Assembly: GCF_000143415.4 (NCBI RefSeq)
Contig: NW_003314325.1
Location: 150,567 to 214,566, forward strand
Length of the DNA stretch: 64,000 bases
Direction of reading: 5' to 3'
DNA from: Selaginella moellendorffii
Lineage: Eukaryota > Plantae > Lycopodiophyta
In this document: one piece after another, positions 10,882 through 22,086 of the stretch
Position numbering within the stretch: the stretch's first letter is position 1
Layout of the letters: every line of letters begins with the position of its first letter
Notes under the pieces: model-generated
The model's database searches: none
The model's input: only the letters and a program-made list of their open reading frames with translations
What the model was told of the DNA's origin: nothing
Made by a program: the position numbers and the translations under genes

Positions 10882-12069
10882 CTAAATGCATAGGCAGTAG
10901 GAGCGCATCTTGAGTGTCACTCTTCTAAACAGTGGAATGCAAAACAACTCCACCACTTCATACTTCGTGTACACTACCACCCATTCGCTTGTGGGAAAGC
11001 CCATTCTTTCTTCCTCGTCTTCATCGCTCGACGACTCAGCCTCATGAAATGAGTCAGCCTCTCTCATTGCATATCTATTCTTGCATTCTTTGCTGGATTC
11101 CTTCTTTTCACACCCTCGCTTTTCACTTTCATCACCACCATTCTTGTATTCTTTGCTCGATTCCATCTTTTCTTCCTGCTTTTCTTCGTAGGGTGTGCGA
11201 AGTTCCTCGACACCAACGCTAAGAAGTTCCTCTTTTATCTCATCTTCATCGCCACCATTCTCTTTCGCATCGTATTCGTTGCTCAAATCCTTCGGTTCCT
11301 CGTCTCCCTCTTTTATATACTCGTCAGTGGTTTCGTCTTCATCGCTCGAATCGTCCTCTTCGTCTTCAATATCATCCTGTTCGTCACTATCGTTTTCATT
11401 CTCATCATCATCTTGGTTAGAATCCTCCTCTTCCTCATAATCTTCCTCATGGGACGGGGACGGGGATATAGATATAGAAGAATCACTGGAATCCTCCTCC
11501 TGACTGCTCAAGTATTCGTTCATATCATCCTGGAATCCTTCCTGCTGTCCCTCATCATCACCATCATCGCTCAAATTTTTCAAATCATCCTGGAATCCTT
11601 CCTGCTGTTCCTCATCATCACCATCATCGTTCAAATTTTCCATATCATCCTGGAATCCTTCCTGCTGTTCCTCGTCACCATCATCGCTCAAAGTTTCCAT
11701 TTCATCCTGGAATCCTTCCTGCTGTTCCTCATCATCACCGCTCAAACTCACTTTCTGGAATCCTTCCTGTTCTCGGCCCTCGTTCCCTAATCCTTCCTTT
11801 CCTTTTTCGCAGGCTTCATCATCTTGCTCCTCGCTGCGAGTATGATCGATCTTTTCCTGCTCCTCCACTTCGCTATATGCGTACTCCGGCGCCGGTATAT
11901 CTATACCATCCAAAAACTTCTTCAAGACTTCCTCTTTCCCGGGGACGACATCGTCAACTTTCGGGTAAACTTGGGTATCCTCGGGCCAAACACTGCAGAA
12001 GTCCTTTCCCACGTCCTCAAAGGACGAATCATCGCTAGCATCCACAACAACAAACCCGTCATCGGCCAT
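10882..12069 (-). CDS. Highly acidic (D/E-rich) low-complexity protein with internal repeats, ~395 aa
   Basis: Long open frame with first ATG at 12069 (MADDGFVVV). Probable 5' UTR intron donor near 12672 and telo-box near 12780. Confidence 0.8.
   Translation of the reverse strand: MADDGFVVVDASDDSSFEDVGKDFCSVWPEDTQVYPKVDDVVPGKEEVLKKFLDGIDIPAPEYAYSEVEEQEKIDHTRSEEQDDEACEKGKEGLGNEGREQEGFQKVSLSGDDEEQQEGFQDEMETLSDDGDEEQQEGFQDDMENLNDDGDDEEQQEGFQDDLKNLSDDGDDEGQQEGFQDDMNEYLSSQEEDSSDSSISISPSPSHEEDYEEEEDSNQDDDENENDSDEQDDIEDEEDDSSDEDETTDEYIKEGDEEPKDLSNEYDAKENGGDEDEIKEELLSVGVEELRTPYEEKQEEKMESSKEYKNGGDESEKRGCEKKESSKECKNRYAMREADSFHEAESSSDEDEEERMGFPTSEWVVVYTKYEVVELFCIPLFRRVTLKMRSYCLCI
11515..11775. repeat. 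Coding tandem repeat, ~57-60 bp unit, about 4.5 copies
   Basis: Repeated TCCTGGAATCCTTCCTGCTGTTCCTCATCATCACC, encoding LSDDGDDEEQQEGFQDD on the minus strand. Confidence 0.92.
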
Positions 12070-12965
12070 CTCTTCCTTTGGATTCGCCAACCCTATGAAC
12101 CCTAAAGCTAGTCTCGCAATTATATACACAATAATAAAAAGGGACTATCGGGTATATCCAAGATCTTGGAGTTCCTTTAGCACTCTCCTTTCGGCAAATC
12201 CCTGTTTCGAGAGAGTTAGATTCGCGAGAGAAGAAGCAAACACTATGGGAGACCTCAAGCGATGGCGCATTGGATGGAAGATTTGCTGCGAGAACAACGC
12301 TATATCCCGTCCTGAGAGCTGCGAATTCGAGCAAAGAAAGAGATTGATTGGAATGGAAGAAAAGCATGAGAAAATCTACCCAGCCTGCGAGCAATGCCGC
12401 CTCCCGCGCTGTTGGCGCCACCGCCGCCGATCAAGGCGGATAAGCTCGGCATCTTGTCCTGGAAAGAAAGCAAAGCATGGAGTGATCGAGGAGATCCAAT
12501 GCCAATCCAGGGGCTAGACGTGCTAGATTCTACTCACGTATGGTGTGGGGATTGAGGCGAAGAGATGCCCCAGCCTGGCGGAGTTACACCCGATCCAGAT
12601 GTAAAGCTGCGAGAAAGAGAGGCGAGAAGGAATCCGGGAAATGTGAGGGAAAGAATCGATCGATCGCCATTACCTGCTTGTCCAGGCAGAGGATCTGGAA
12701 ATGGAAGCTCGCGTCGTGCGCCTCGTCAGAGAAGCAAGTGAGCCGCGGCGCTTCCATCGCAAAAAACCTTAGAAGTTAAAACCCTAGCAACAAGAACTCC
12801 AAGATTTCTAATCAAGGTGAAGGACGAATTTCCAAAGATGACAAATCCAAAACCACGCACACCCGCGTGAGAGAAGAATGTTGTTCTTGGAGGAGGAGAA
12901 AGAAGAGCCCTCCTCTCCTCCCATAAATTAGAATCCCATCCCATCCCTTCCCTGCTATCCCAAAA

Positions 12966-15746
12966 TCACGCAAACTTGCCCTGGTGGTGCTGGTGGAGAT
13001 CCAGCGGCACCATCTTGAGCCACTCCGCCAGCGCCGGCCCCTGCCCGACGAAGCACCCCACATTCAACCCATCCAGGTGGAACGGCGAGTTGAGCGATCG
13101 CAGCATCCCCTCCACCGCCTGCTTGACGAGCGACGCGCCGGGCACCCGGCTCCGCCGCCCCCACCCGGTGATGATGTCGATCCTGTACGGCGCCGCCCCC
13201 GTACGCACCACCGCCTCCGCGAACATCGCCAGCGTCCTGGCCAGCGCCACCAGCGCGGTGCCCGTGGACATGACGTGGAGGTTGATGGACCAGTACTGCG
13301 GCGCCTTCTCTCGCACCGCGTTGGGGTAGAGGTTCTTCTCCGCCGCCACCTCCCACACGCTGCCCGCCGCCACCGCCTTGCCCGCACGGTGGAGGAAGTC
13401 GATGAGCGAGTCCGCGAAGCCACGCCGGCTCTCCAGCTCCTCGAATTGCATCGCGTCGAAGAAGCAGCGGATGCCCACCACCATCTCTGCGGTACGCGTG
13501 CCGTACACCGCGCGGACGTCGGCCCCGTACGGGAGCCCGACGACCGCGCCGCCGGCGGTACCGCCCGAGGCCAGTAGCGAGCAGACGAACGGGTGGGCCG
13601 GGTGGCCGGTCCCGCCCATGAGGCCGAACAGCGCGTCGTACTCCCACGCCGCGCGGCACGCCGCGCAGCTGCTCAGCAGCGACGTGTACGTCTGCAGCGT
13701 CGGGTAGAGCCCCCACTTGGCCATGCCGCCCAGCACGCCGCCGGCGGCGTCGTAGAAGCTGGAGCGCAGGTAGGCGCTGAGGAGTGAGTTGCAAGCCGGG
13801 ACGTTTGGCTGGAGGCCCGAGTCGAGCATCCGGTTAAACCACTGCGCGGCCTTCTCGGCGTTGCCCGTCTTACCCCACATATCCACCATGAGCCCGAAGA
13901 TCGGGTTGTCCGCCACCCAGCCGGCTCGCTCCATCTCCTCGAAAACTTGCTCCGCGTCCTCGATGTGGCCGCAGTTCCCGAGAACTTCCATGATGATCCC
14001 ATACGTGACCCGGTCCGGAGCGTAGCCGACTTCCTGGAGATCCGAGTAGAGCTTGAGCGCCATGTCAAACTTGCCAGCTTTCGCGTGGAGGTCGATGATG
14101 ATGTTGTAAGTCACCAGGCTGGGAGCGTAGCCGCGGTCAGTCATCTCGCAGAAGAGCTTGTAGGCCGCGTTGAGCTTCCCGGCCTTGCCGAGGCAGTGGA
14201 TGATGATGCTGTAGGTGAACGTGTCCGGCCGGAAGCCGGCGTGCTGCATCTGGCGGTAGAGATCCATGGCCGCGTCGTGGAAGCCGGCCTTGGCCTGGAG
14301 ATCGATGAGCGTGCAGTAAGTCACACGGTCCGGCTCGCAGCCAACCATCTGCATCACGTTGAACAGCTTGAGCGACGAGTCGAGATCGTTGGCCCGGCCG
14401 TAGCAATGGATGAGCCGGTTGTAAGTCACCACGTTTGGCTCGCAGCCTTCCCGGATCATCTCGTCGAGGAGATTGTTGAGAACGTCAAAGCTCTTTGCGC
14501 GGCCGAGGATGCCGAGAATGGTGGTGTAAGTGTGGACGTCGTGCTTGAAGCCGGCTTGCTTCCTGGCCCAGATGAAGAAGTTGTACGCCACCCCGGCCTC
14601 CTTTTGCTGCTTGAGGATCTCGTTCACCTGGTACGCGTTTAAGTTGGCGTTGAGTCCGGCTAGAGCTCGCACGGTCTCGTCTCCCCAGCCGTGCTGGTTT
14701 AGAATGCCGCAGACGCGGGCCACCAGGCGGTGGCTCTCGCTGCTGTTAGACCTGTTGTTCCTATGGTGGTGGTGGCCGTGTTTCGCCTGGCCACCGCTCT
14801 TCCTGTGAAAGTTGCTAGAGTTCGTCGACGGTGTAGTGCTGCTAGTTGCTGTTGATGATGTGTGAGTAGTGCTGCTAACTGTTGAATCGCTGTTGCGGCT
14901 TGTAGCTGCTGCTACTGCTACTGGTTTAGTCCGGGTGACTTCGGTGGAGCTTAGAGAAGAGTCCGAGGACGCTGCCGAGCTCGGCCTGGGGACGAAAGGT
15001 TCTGCGTTGCTAGCACTCGAGGCGGGAGTGAAACTTGGAGTAGTAGCAGCATCCTTCTGTAGCTCGGGGGCCGAAAATGCTGGAACTGTCTTTGCGGACT
15101 CGAAGGAAGTATCTCTCCGCAGCTCGGACGGCTGGAACGATAGGACCGGCTTCTCAAAGTCGTTGAGGTCTCCGAGGGAAGGAACGCTGCCAAAGACGGG
15201 GACTGCAGCCGGAGCTTCCACAGGCTCGCTGCTGAAAGTGCAAGACATTGTCTCGGATGAGTTCCTCGCGTTCGCATCTTCCTGCTCGACACCGCTGGCC
15301 TTTGCAAACGTTGAGGTCTTTGGCTCGTTGCTCGACGACTGAGGCGAGGCCTTGGTAGTTTTCTTGACTTCGCTACTCCCCGAGGACTTGTACTCCACGG
15401 AGTATCTCCCAACGCTTGCAAGTCCATCGGTTTGCCCGAGCTCAGGATATCCTCTAGCGTGATTCGGGCGTGGAAAGTTCTGGCGAAAGGCGGTGTCTCT
15501 TGGAGCAAACTTCTTTGTTGCCGACGGCTCGCTCGAATGCGTGTGTATGTCTTTGTTGGCAGAACGTCCATGCCTGTTATACGGTGGAGCTCTGTTCTCG
15601 TAGCCCCTGGAGTCGGGTGCCTCGTCTCGCCTGTTATCGTCACTGTTGCTAGCATCTCCAGTGGCTTTCGGTCCATACACAGTCCCAGCGACGAGCCAGT
15701 TCCTCGCGCCCTTGCACAAAGGTAATAACTTCGCCGAGCGCAGCAT
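12966..15746 (-). CDS. P-class pentatricopeptide repeat protein with C-terminal Smr (small MutS-related) domain
   Basis: About 8 PPR motifs (PNVVTYNRLI, PDRVTYCTLI, PDTFTYSIII and others). Smr signature INLHVMS..G.A and IITGWGRRS. First ATG at 15746 (MLRSAK) starts an organelle-targeting-like N-terminus. Resembles the At1g18900/At1g74750 type from memory. Confidence 0.95.
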   Translation of the reverse strand: MLRSAKLLPLCKGARNWLVAGTVYGPKATGDASNSDDNRRDEAPDSRGYENRAPPYNRHGRSANKDIHTHSSEPSATKKFAPRDTAFRQNFPRPNHARGYPELGQTDGLASVGRYSVEYKSSGSSEVKKTTKASPQSSSNEPKTSTFAKASGVEQEDANARNSSETMSCTFSSEPVEAPAAVPVFGSVPSLGDLNDFEKPVLSFQPSELRRDTSFESAKTVPAFSAPELQKDAATTPSFTPASSASNAEPFVPRPSSAASSDSSLSSTEVTRTKPVAVAAATSRNSDSTVSSTTHTSSTATSSTTPSTNSSNFHRKSGGQAKHGHHHHRNNRSNSSESHRLVARVCGILNQHGWGDETVRALAGLNANLNAYQVNEILKQQKEAGVAYNFFIWARKQAGFKHDVHTYTTILGILGRAKSFDVLNNLLDEMIREGCEPNVVTYNRLIHCYGRANDLDSSLKLFNVMQMVGCEPDRVTYCTLIDLQAKAGFHDAAMDLYRQMQHAGFRPDTFTYSIIIHCLGKAGKLNAAYKLFCEMTDRGYAPSLVTYNIIIDLHAKAGKFDMALKLYSDLQEVGYAPDRVTYGIIMEVLGNCGHIEDAEQVFEEMERAGWVADNPIFGLMVDMWGKTGNAEKAAQWFNRMLDSGLQPNVPACNSLLSAYLRSSFYDAAGGVLGGMAKWGLYPTLQTYTSLLSSCAACRAAWEYDALFGLMGGTGHPAHPFVCSLLASGGTAGGAVVGLPYGADVRAVYGTRTAEMVVGIRCFFDAMQFEELESRRGFADSLIDFLHRAGKAVAAGSVWEVAAEKNLYPNAVREKAPQYWSINLHVMSTGTALVALARTLAMFAEAVVRTGAAPYRIDIITGWGRRSRVPGASLVKQAVEGMLRSLNSPFHLDGLNVGCFVGQGPALAEWLKMVPLDLHQHHQGKFA

Positions 15747-16700
15747 TGTACGAATCGATAGTTCCAACTACACGAGAGTGATTCCTGCAAGGAAAGAAAC
15801 AACATGAGAGAAAAAAGTACTCTTTTTGGCGCATAAAAAAAAGAAAAAAGATCTATTTGGAAACCACGCACCGAAAAGCGAGCATCACAAAAAGAAAGGA
15901 AGGAAAAAATCTAGCACTGTGACAGAGACTAGCAGTGGAAGAGGAAGAAAATATGGAAAAGAAAAGCAGCATTGCTTTACAAAAGAGAGCTACATTACGA
16001 TCTCCCACGGGACAAAGCATAGAGCAAAAAGAAGAAACCAAAGAGCTTGGAAGAAAGAATAGCGAAGAAAATCCATGCAAGCATGCCGAAACTAGCGCGC
16101 AAATCCTTCACATTGTTTACACTGGCACGCAAAAGAAGACCTTGACCAGGCAGCGCAACAAGCTCGATCAAGGATCGTAGGAGCGATATTTCGAGCGCGG
16201 CGATCACGCCAGAGCACAGCCGGAAGCAAAGCATACCTCGATCGATCGTTCAGGCCACCAGAAAAGGGCGCCGCGCGGTGCCGTGCGGCTCACCCAGGGC
16301 TGCACAGCACGACCCTCCCACACCCACCACCGCCATCGCGCTTGGAATGCCGGGCGCTACTCGCCGCCGCCATCGACGCCACCGCCGCCGCCATGAGAGC
16401 GCGTGAAGGAGCGCTCCCCTTTCCCCGTTGAGCAGGAAAAGAGAAGAGTCTTTGGCTCCAAGGCAGCCGTACAATGCGTACGTGCCTATTAGGTCCCAAG
16501 CTCGCCGGAGAGAAAATATGGGCAGATGGCCCATCGCATCCACTGGGCCACGTTGCGCCAATTAGGCGCCGGCCCCTCGTGGTGGCATCCTGGCCGTCGG
16601 GTTGTGAAAGTATCTAGGAAATTAGGGCTGCATCATATTTTAAGGACACGTGGCAAAAGAATATTGATACGCGTGGTGACGTGGCTGAGGGCGAGGGACG

Positions 16701-17071
16701 AGCACACTCTCAAAGAGCTGTAAGATCTCTTCTTTCGTGCTTTGCTAGGATATTAAAATCCATATCTTGCTCTCTAGATTCGCGTGAAAATGCTGGAGGG
16801 AGTGGAACAACGAGCACAAACTATAGCATTCCTGTTAGTTTTGAATGCAAGGTGTGTGTTCTTCGTGCTTGAGGGAAGAACGGCCCAAGATCGAGGCGAG
16901 CAGCCAGCCGGATGATCCCACTGAGGAAGAGATTGAGCAGCTCAAGGACGCGGTGCTTTACAAGGTTTGATTTTCTGAGATTCACCCCCGTGTTTCACTG
17001 CCACTGGAAACTTTAGGACGAGGATTTGATTTGATAGTTCTCCACAAGCCACCAGGATTGCCGGTCCAGGT
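16701..17071 (+). pseudogene. Partial duplicate of the pseudouridine synthase gene (source about 18165-18680)
   Basis: Near-identical blocks including intron sequence, interrupted by several short deletions. No start codon and no catalytic exon. Confidence 0.92.
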
Positions 17072-17435
17072 TCCATTGTCAATGCTTTATACAGGACTCT
17101 ACAGCGACTGGGCAAGAGATCGGAGTCCTTGAGCTTGGGACTCATGAGTTTCGTTTTTATTTCATTCAAACTCTTTTTACTTTAGTACTGTGGGCAACGC
17201 CTTTAACGAGCAGTGTGGACACGAGCTCCATGCAGCTCTTTTTCGTGGACTCTCACAGCTAACTCGCGCCGGTGGAGAAATCTGAAATGCCAGAGTTCCC
17301 CCTTCAGGCTGATTGCGGCCCGATTCTTCAGCAGCTTCTTCATCAAGGCTCCTGCAAACGATCGAACTTAGGAGCAGTAGGTATCCAAGAGATGGAAATA
17401 AGAATGTACTTCTGTCTAAGAACTTACAAGAAGTT

Positions 17436-17800
17436 CTATTGGGATTGCTCGAGCGTCTGGGGATTGTGATCATCCATTCGGACGCTACACTTGAGGCCGT
17501 GCACGTAGTACGTCACCTTGTCCTCGCCGTTCAACCGCGACACGAGCTTGCAAAACCGGGAGCTATACTCCCTCAGCTGCCGGAGATCCATGAGCGCAAA
17601 CTTGGCCTCGCGCTGGTAATTCGCGGGCATGAAGAACTTGAGGAACGCTTCCCGGAAATCCTCCCAGCTGCGAGCTCGAGTTCTTCCTCGCGTCCTTGAG
17701 CGCAATCAACTCTTTCTCATCCGGGCGATTCGAAAGTAGCTCTCCACCTGTGGAGCCACTCCCAGATCGCGCTCGCCGCGGTAGATCAGGGTCCTTGGCG
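17436..17800 (-). pseudogene. Retrotransposon gag-domain remnant
   Basis: YRGERD..QVESYF, then a frameshift, then SWEDFREAFLKFFMP..AKFALMDLRQ..EYSSRF..YYVHGLK, which fits the Ty3/Gypsy gag pattern. No LTRs seen. Confidence 0.7.
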
Positions 17801-17906
17801 GCTGGTTGACGGATGCTTGAATCGATTGGGAGATTAGGGCTGCGTCAGACCTAGATACACGTGGTATACAATAGGGTCTAGGGTTTAATTTAGGGTTCTT
17901 CGAGGT

Positions 17907-19881
17907 ATGCTTCGCGCTCTCGCGAGAAATGCCACAATGCGGCGCCATTTTCTGGGAAATCCCCAGCTCTTGCAGGTCTCCAGATTGTGCTCCACGGATT
18001 CCTTGTCTTCGTCCTCCGGGGATGAGGAGGAGGACAATCCTGGGATTGGTGCCTGGCTCAAGACTCTCCCGCCAGTTCCTCGCCGGGAGATTGGAAGCGA
18101 GGGGCAGACGATTAAAACGAGTGCGTGTAAGTGGGTGAGCAAATGCTTGCCCGAGTTACCGATCAGCACACTCTCAAGGCTTTTCCGGAGAAGGGCTGTA
18201 AGATCTCTTCTTTCGTGCTTTGCTAGGAGTATTAAAATCCATCTCTTGCTCTCTAGATTCGCGTGAAAATGCTGGTGGAGGATCCGGGGAGTGGAACAAC
18301 GAGCACAAAATATCGGAGGGTATAGCTTTGTCACACAAACTCCTCTTAGTTTTGAATGCAAGGTGTGTGTTCTTCGTGCTTGAGGGAAGAACACGTCCCG
18401 CTACTTAACGTTTTGGCCTTGTTTGTTTTAGGTGAAACGGAATGCCATCATGCCGGTAGGAGCTCTGATTTGCGTGCCCGACAGTGTGACGAAGATCGAG
18501 GCGAGCAGCCAGTCTCACGAGCCGGATGATCCCACTGAGGAAGAGATTGAGCAGCTCAAGGATGCGGTGCTTTACAAGGTTTGATTTTTTGAGATTCACT
18601 TTAGTGTTTCACTGCCACTGGAAACTTTAGGACGAGGATTTGATAGTTCTCAACAAGCCACCAGGATTGCCAGTCCAGGTACTACTTACTGTGTATGCTT
18701 TATAATGAAATGATCTATCGTTTTCAGGGTGGAAGTAAAGTCGAGAGGAGTCTAGTCTCCATGATGAGTTTGGCTCTTCAGTTCGAATACAAAGAGCCTC
18801 CAAGACTGGTAATCACTATTCGCTTTCTATGAACCGTGCAATGATCTCGCTAACAATGTAGGTTCATCGTCTCGATAAAGATGTGAGCGGTGTCATGATT
18901 CTTGGGCGCACTTACGAAAGCACTGTCAAGATCCAGAGTTTCTTATGCTCAAAAGACAACTTGATGCCCAGCGTGAGTACCTTATGTTAGGCAAAAACAT
19001 TTTACCAAAGTTACAACCCAGGGGAGTGTTGGGAAAGGCTTGGACCGGAAATACATAGCTCTAGTGATTGGCTCACCTACGGCAGACAAAGGTTTCATTT
19101 CAGCTCCACTGTTGAAGGTACTACACTTTCATTTTACACGTTTGGATTGCTCATAGATGTGAGAGCGTTGAACAGATGGTTCTGGAGGATGGAAAATCCG
19201 ATCGTGTGTTAATAGCGGCTGATCCCAAGTCCGAGAACGCGATCCCAGCTATTACCGAGTATCAGGTTTTGAAGCGTTCAGTACTGGGTGAGAGAACTCT
19301 TTTGCGATTGATTTCTTTGCTTGTAATTATCTTATTTCCCTTCGTAGGCTGTACGTGGCTACAACTACGTCCACTCACTGGAAGAAAACATCAGGTGGCT
19401 TTTCGCGACGTTTAGTACTCACTAAAGTTGCTTTTTTTATTATTATAATCAGCTCCGCGTGCATTGCGCTCAAGGCCTTGGACTTCCTATCGTCGGAGAC
19501 ATGAAGTATGGATTCAACACACATAAGAAATGGATGGCGGAAAGAAACATGAACACGGTGGACCCTCAAGACATCAAAGCGAGGAACAAGATGGCAGGCA
19601 GCGTAGTCTCCAAGAATCCTCTGCTCCATCTCCACTCAAGGGAGCTTACCATCCCCCGGCTGCGGAAGAAACCAGGCGCGGTGGACTTTGGCCTGGACCC
19701 CGAGCGGATGAGATTCGTGGCACCACTCCCGACTCATATGGAATCGAGCTGGGAGGCCAAGCCATACGTGAAGAAGAGGCCGGAGAAAGTCGCTGGCTGG
19801 GGATGGACAGTTCCAAAGCGTGTGCTCAGGCTGCAACACATGAACTGGCAGAAATCCAATAGGAACATCTACAGAAGATGA
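17907..19881 (+). CDS. RluA-family RNA pseudouridine synthase, probably mitochondrial (multi-exon)
   Basis: Spliced motifs LNKPPGLPVQGG, VHRLDKDVSG (catalytic Asp), TGRKHQLRVH, PIVGD and LHLHS. Arg-rich presequence MLRALARNATMRR. GT-AG introns. Confidence 0.93.
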
Positions 19882-20106
19882 AAGAAAGTCCAGGTATGTT
19901 TCTTCTCAAAGTTCCAGCTATAAAAGTGTGATGACAATATCGTATCATATCTTCCAGGAAAAGTATTCTCAGTATTCGGTTGTGCCAAGCTCGAGGGCTA
20001 TCAGTCAAAGTTAGATTTTGGTCTCAAGATCTTATTTTTCTTCTCAGTTAGAAGCTCGAAAACTCGAAAGCTGGTCTCCGAAGCAATGAAGTTATCAATC
20101 AATCGA

Positions 20107-22086
20107 TCAATCTATCAGTAAGTATCGAGGTAGAATTGTCCTGCGGGGCTGCCACACCGAAACGCACTGCGTCGTCACCTTCTTCCACGCCAACTTGATC
20201 CATCCATCGCTGTAATCTAGCTCAAAGTTCCGGCTGTAGTTCCCCATCATCGCCTGGGCTCTCAAAACCGTGCTCTCCTCCAGCGGCAGCGCCACGAATC
20301 CAGCGCCAACCATCGCGCGCTCCCACTCCTCGCAAGGCGCTGTTCTAACCAGCCGGTCACTACCGTCGCACGCCACCAAGTTAAGTATCTCGGGCCCCAA
20401 GAACTGGCCCTCGTATGCCGCGCGGCCCGCCGCCTGGGCGCCGCCCGACCCACACTCCAACGCCGCGTCAAACTTGGCGTTAAACCGCGTCACCGCCTGC
20501 ACAAAGCGCTCCAGAAAGCTAAACTGCGGTACCGCGCGGTACCCGTGGTTGATGCCCAGCACCAGCACCGCCGGGTCCATGCGGCGCAGCGCGGACAGCA
20601 CGGCGCGCCGCGGGCTGCGCGCCTGTACCGCCGTCTCGTCCTCGAGGAAGTCGAGCGCGAAGAGGGCATTCACGACGAGCACCTCGCCCGGGGCGGCGCG
20701 CGGCACGATCCGCGGGAGAACAGCCTCCCAGGCGTGCGCGTCGGCGATCTCCAGCTCGACCTCGGCCTCCAATCCCAAGCGCGAGGATTCAAAGATGATG
20801 CGCTGCGCAAGCTGGGCGAGCAGCGCCTTGTGCTGGGGCGAATCTACTGCCGTGACGCGGAGGCGGCGCAACGGTACGTCGCGGCGGTGCGCCAGCGCCT
20901 GGAGGAGGAGCGACCACTGGAAGCGATTCCTCGCCATGCCGATCTCGACAATGTGGAGGAATCGCTTGCCCTGCGCAGCCGCCACGATCGTGGAGGTGGA
21001 GACGAAGTGTGGCACCAGCGGGCTGGGCGTGGCGTGGAGCCGGAACTCGTAGACTCTCTCCATGACGTCCGGGCCGCCAGAGTTGGATGCCGTGGCGGCA
21101 GCCAGCGCGGTACCGGTGCCCAGCACGCGCGCCAGCAGCGACTCCACGAAGTAGTAGGCGACGCGCCGCGCGGGGTCCGCGGCGGTGGGCGACGCGCCGT
21201 GCTGGCGCCGGATGGATACCGCCAGGCTGTTAGCGTTGGCCACGTCGCGTACCGCCACGGCGTGGGCGCAGTCGTGGAGCAGTGTCATGATGTCGCGCGA
21301 CACGGAGTATAAGCGCGGATTGTGGCCGTTGGATTTGTCGGCGGTCTCGGATCCCTGCCGTCGGATCTTGATCACCGTCTTGAGCCCCTCCACCGCGTCT
21401 TCCTCCTCCGATGTGGCTGCGCTGTTTCGCTTCTTTCGATTGATCGCAGTAGCAGCGGGCTTCTCTTGGCTGTTCCTTTTGTCCGTGGCCAGGTGAGAGG
21501 CGATCACTTCCTGGAGAATGCCGACCAAATCCGCTCGGTCGGACGAGAACCCATGCAGCTCCTGGCGATCCGCGACGTGGGTCGGGGTCAGATCGCGCAA
21601 ATTCGCGAAGCTCCCGGGGGAATCGGAGCTGGAGAGCTCCTGGCTGCTGCTCCTCACCATTGTGTTGCAAGAGGACGACGAGACCTCCTGATCCTCGCCC
21701 ACTATCATCTCGCTCGTCCAGCTCTTGATCGATAAGCCATCCAGTGAGCTCCAATCGCTGGCGCTAGTGGCCACGGTCACTGCCTGCTGCTGCTGCTGCG
21801 ACGAAGAAGAAGAGGGCGACGGGGAATCATAGAGAATGAGCTCCTGGAGCTCCTTGATCATGGTGGATCCTGCCATAGCACTCTCGCCACCGCCATTCTC
21901 GTCCATCATCAAGCTGTTGAGCTCCTCCAGCGTGAGGCCGGACGATCCGGGCGATTCCACCGCCGCCGGGGAGGAGCCATCCATCCCATAGCCGTAATTC
22001 TCGCCGCTACTCACCGGATCGCTAAGGTCTCTTCCCAGGAACTCCATCAATGTGCCGTGCCGGTTTTCGCTCGCAAAGGTCAACAT
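20107..22086 (-). CDS. GRAS transcription factor, LISCL/SCL9-SCL14-like
   Basis: Intronless. LHRI (LLHDCAHAV..RVAYYF..L.AR), VHIID variant LHIVEIG..FQW, PFYRE region (F.ERF, EILNLVACDG), terminal SVW. Start is either ATG 22086 or 22047. Confidence 0.93.
   Translation of the reverse strand: MLTFASENRHGTLMEFLGRDLSDPVSSGENYGYGMDGSSPAAVESPGSSGLTLEELNSLMMDENGGGESAMAGSTMIKELQELILYDSPSPSSSSSQQQQQAVTVATSASDWSSLDGLSIKSWTSEMIVGEDQEVSSSSCNTMVRSSSQELSSSDSPGSFANLRDLTPTHVADRQELHGFSSDRADLVGILQEVIASHLATDKRNSQEKPAATAINRKKRNSAATSEEEDAVEGLKTVIKIRRQGSETADKSNGHNPRLYSVSRDIMTLLHDCAHAVAVRDVANANSLAVSIRRQHGASPTAADPARRVAYYFVESLLARVLGTGTALAAATASNSGGPDVMERVYEFRLHATPSPLVPHFVSTSTIVAAAQGKRFLHIVEIGMARNRFQWSLLLQALAHRRDVPLRRLRVTAVDSPQHKALLAQLAQRIIFESSRLGLEAEVELEIADAHAWEAVLPRIVPRAAPGEVLVVNALFALDFLEDETAVQARSPRRAVLSALRRMDPAVLVLGINHGYRAVPQFSFLERFVQAVTRFNAKFDAALECGSGGAQAAGRAAYEGQFLGPEILNLVACDGSDRLVRTAPCEEWERAMVGAGFVALPLEESTVLRAQAMMGNYSRNFELDYSDGWIKLAWKKVTTQCVSVWQPRRTILPRYLLID

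Noticed and set aside
11515-11775. Regularly spaced repeats resembling a CRISPR array
   Set aside because: The units are contiguous in-frame coding repeats without unique spacers, in a eukaryotic context with no cas genes.
12955-15871. Many long overlapping or antisense ORFs over the PPR gene (also over the GRAS and ATL genes)
   Set aside because: Expected shadow ORFs of GC-rich coding DNA, with no recognisable domains.
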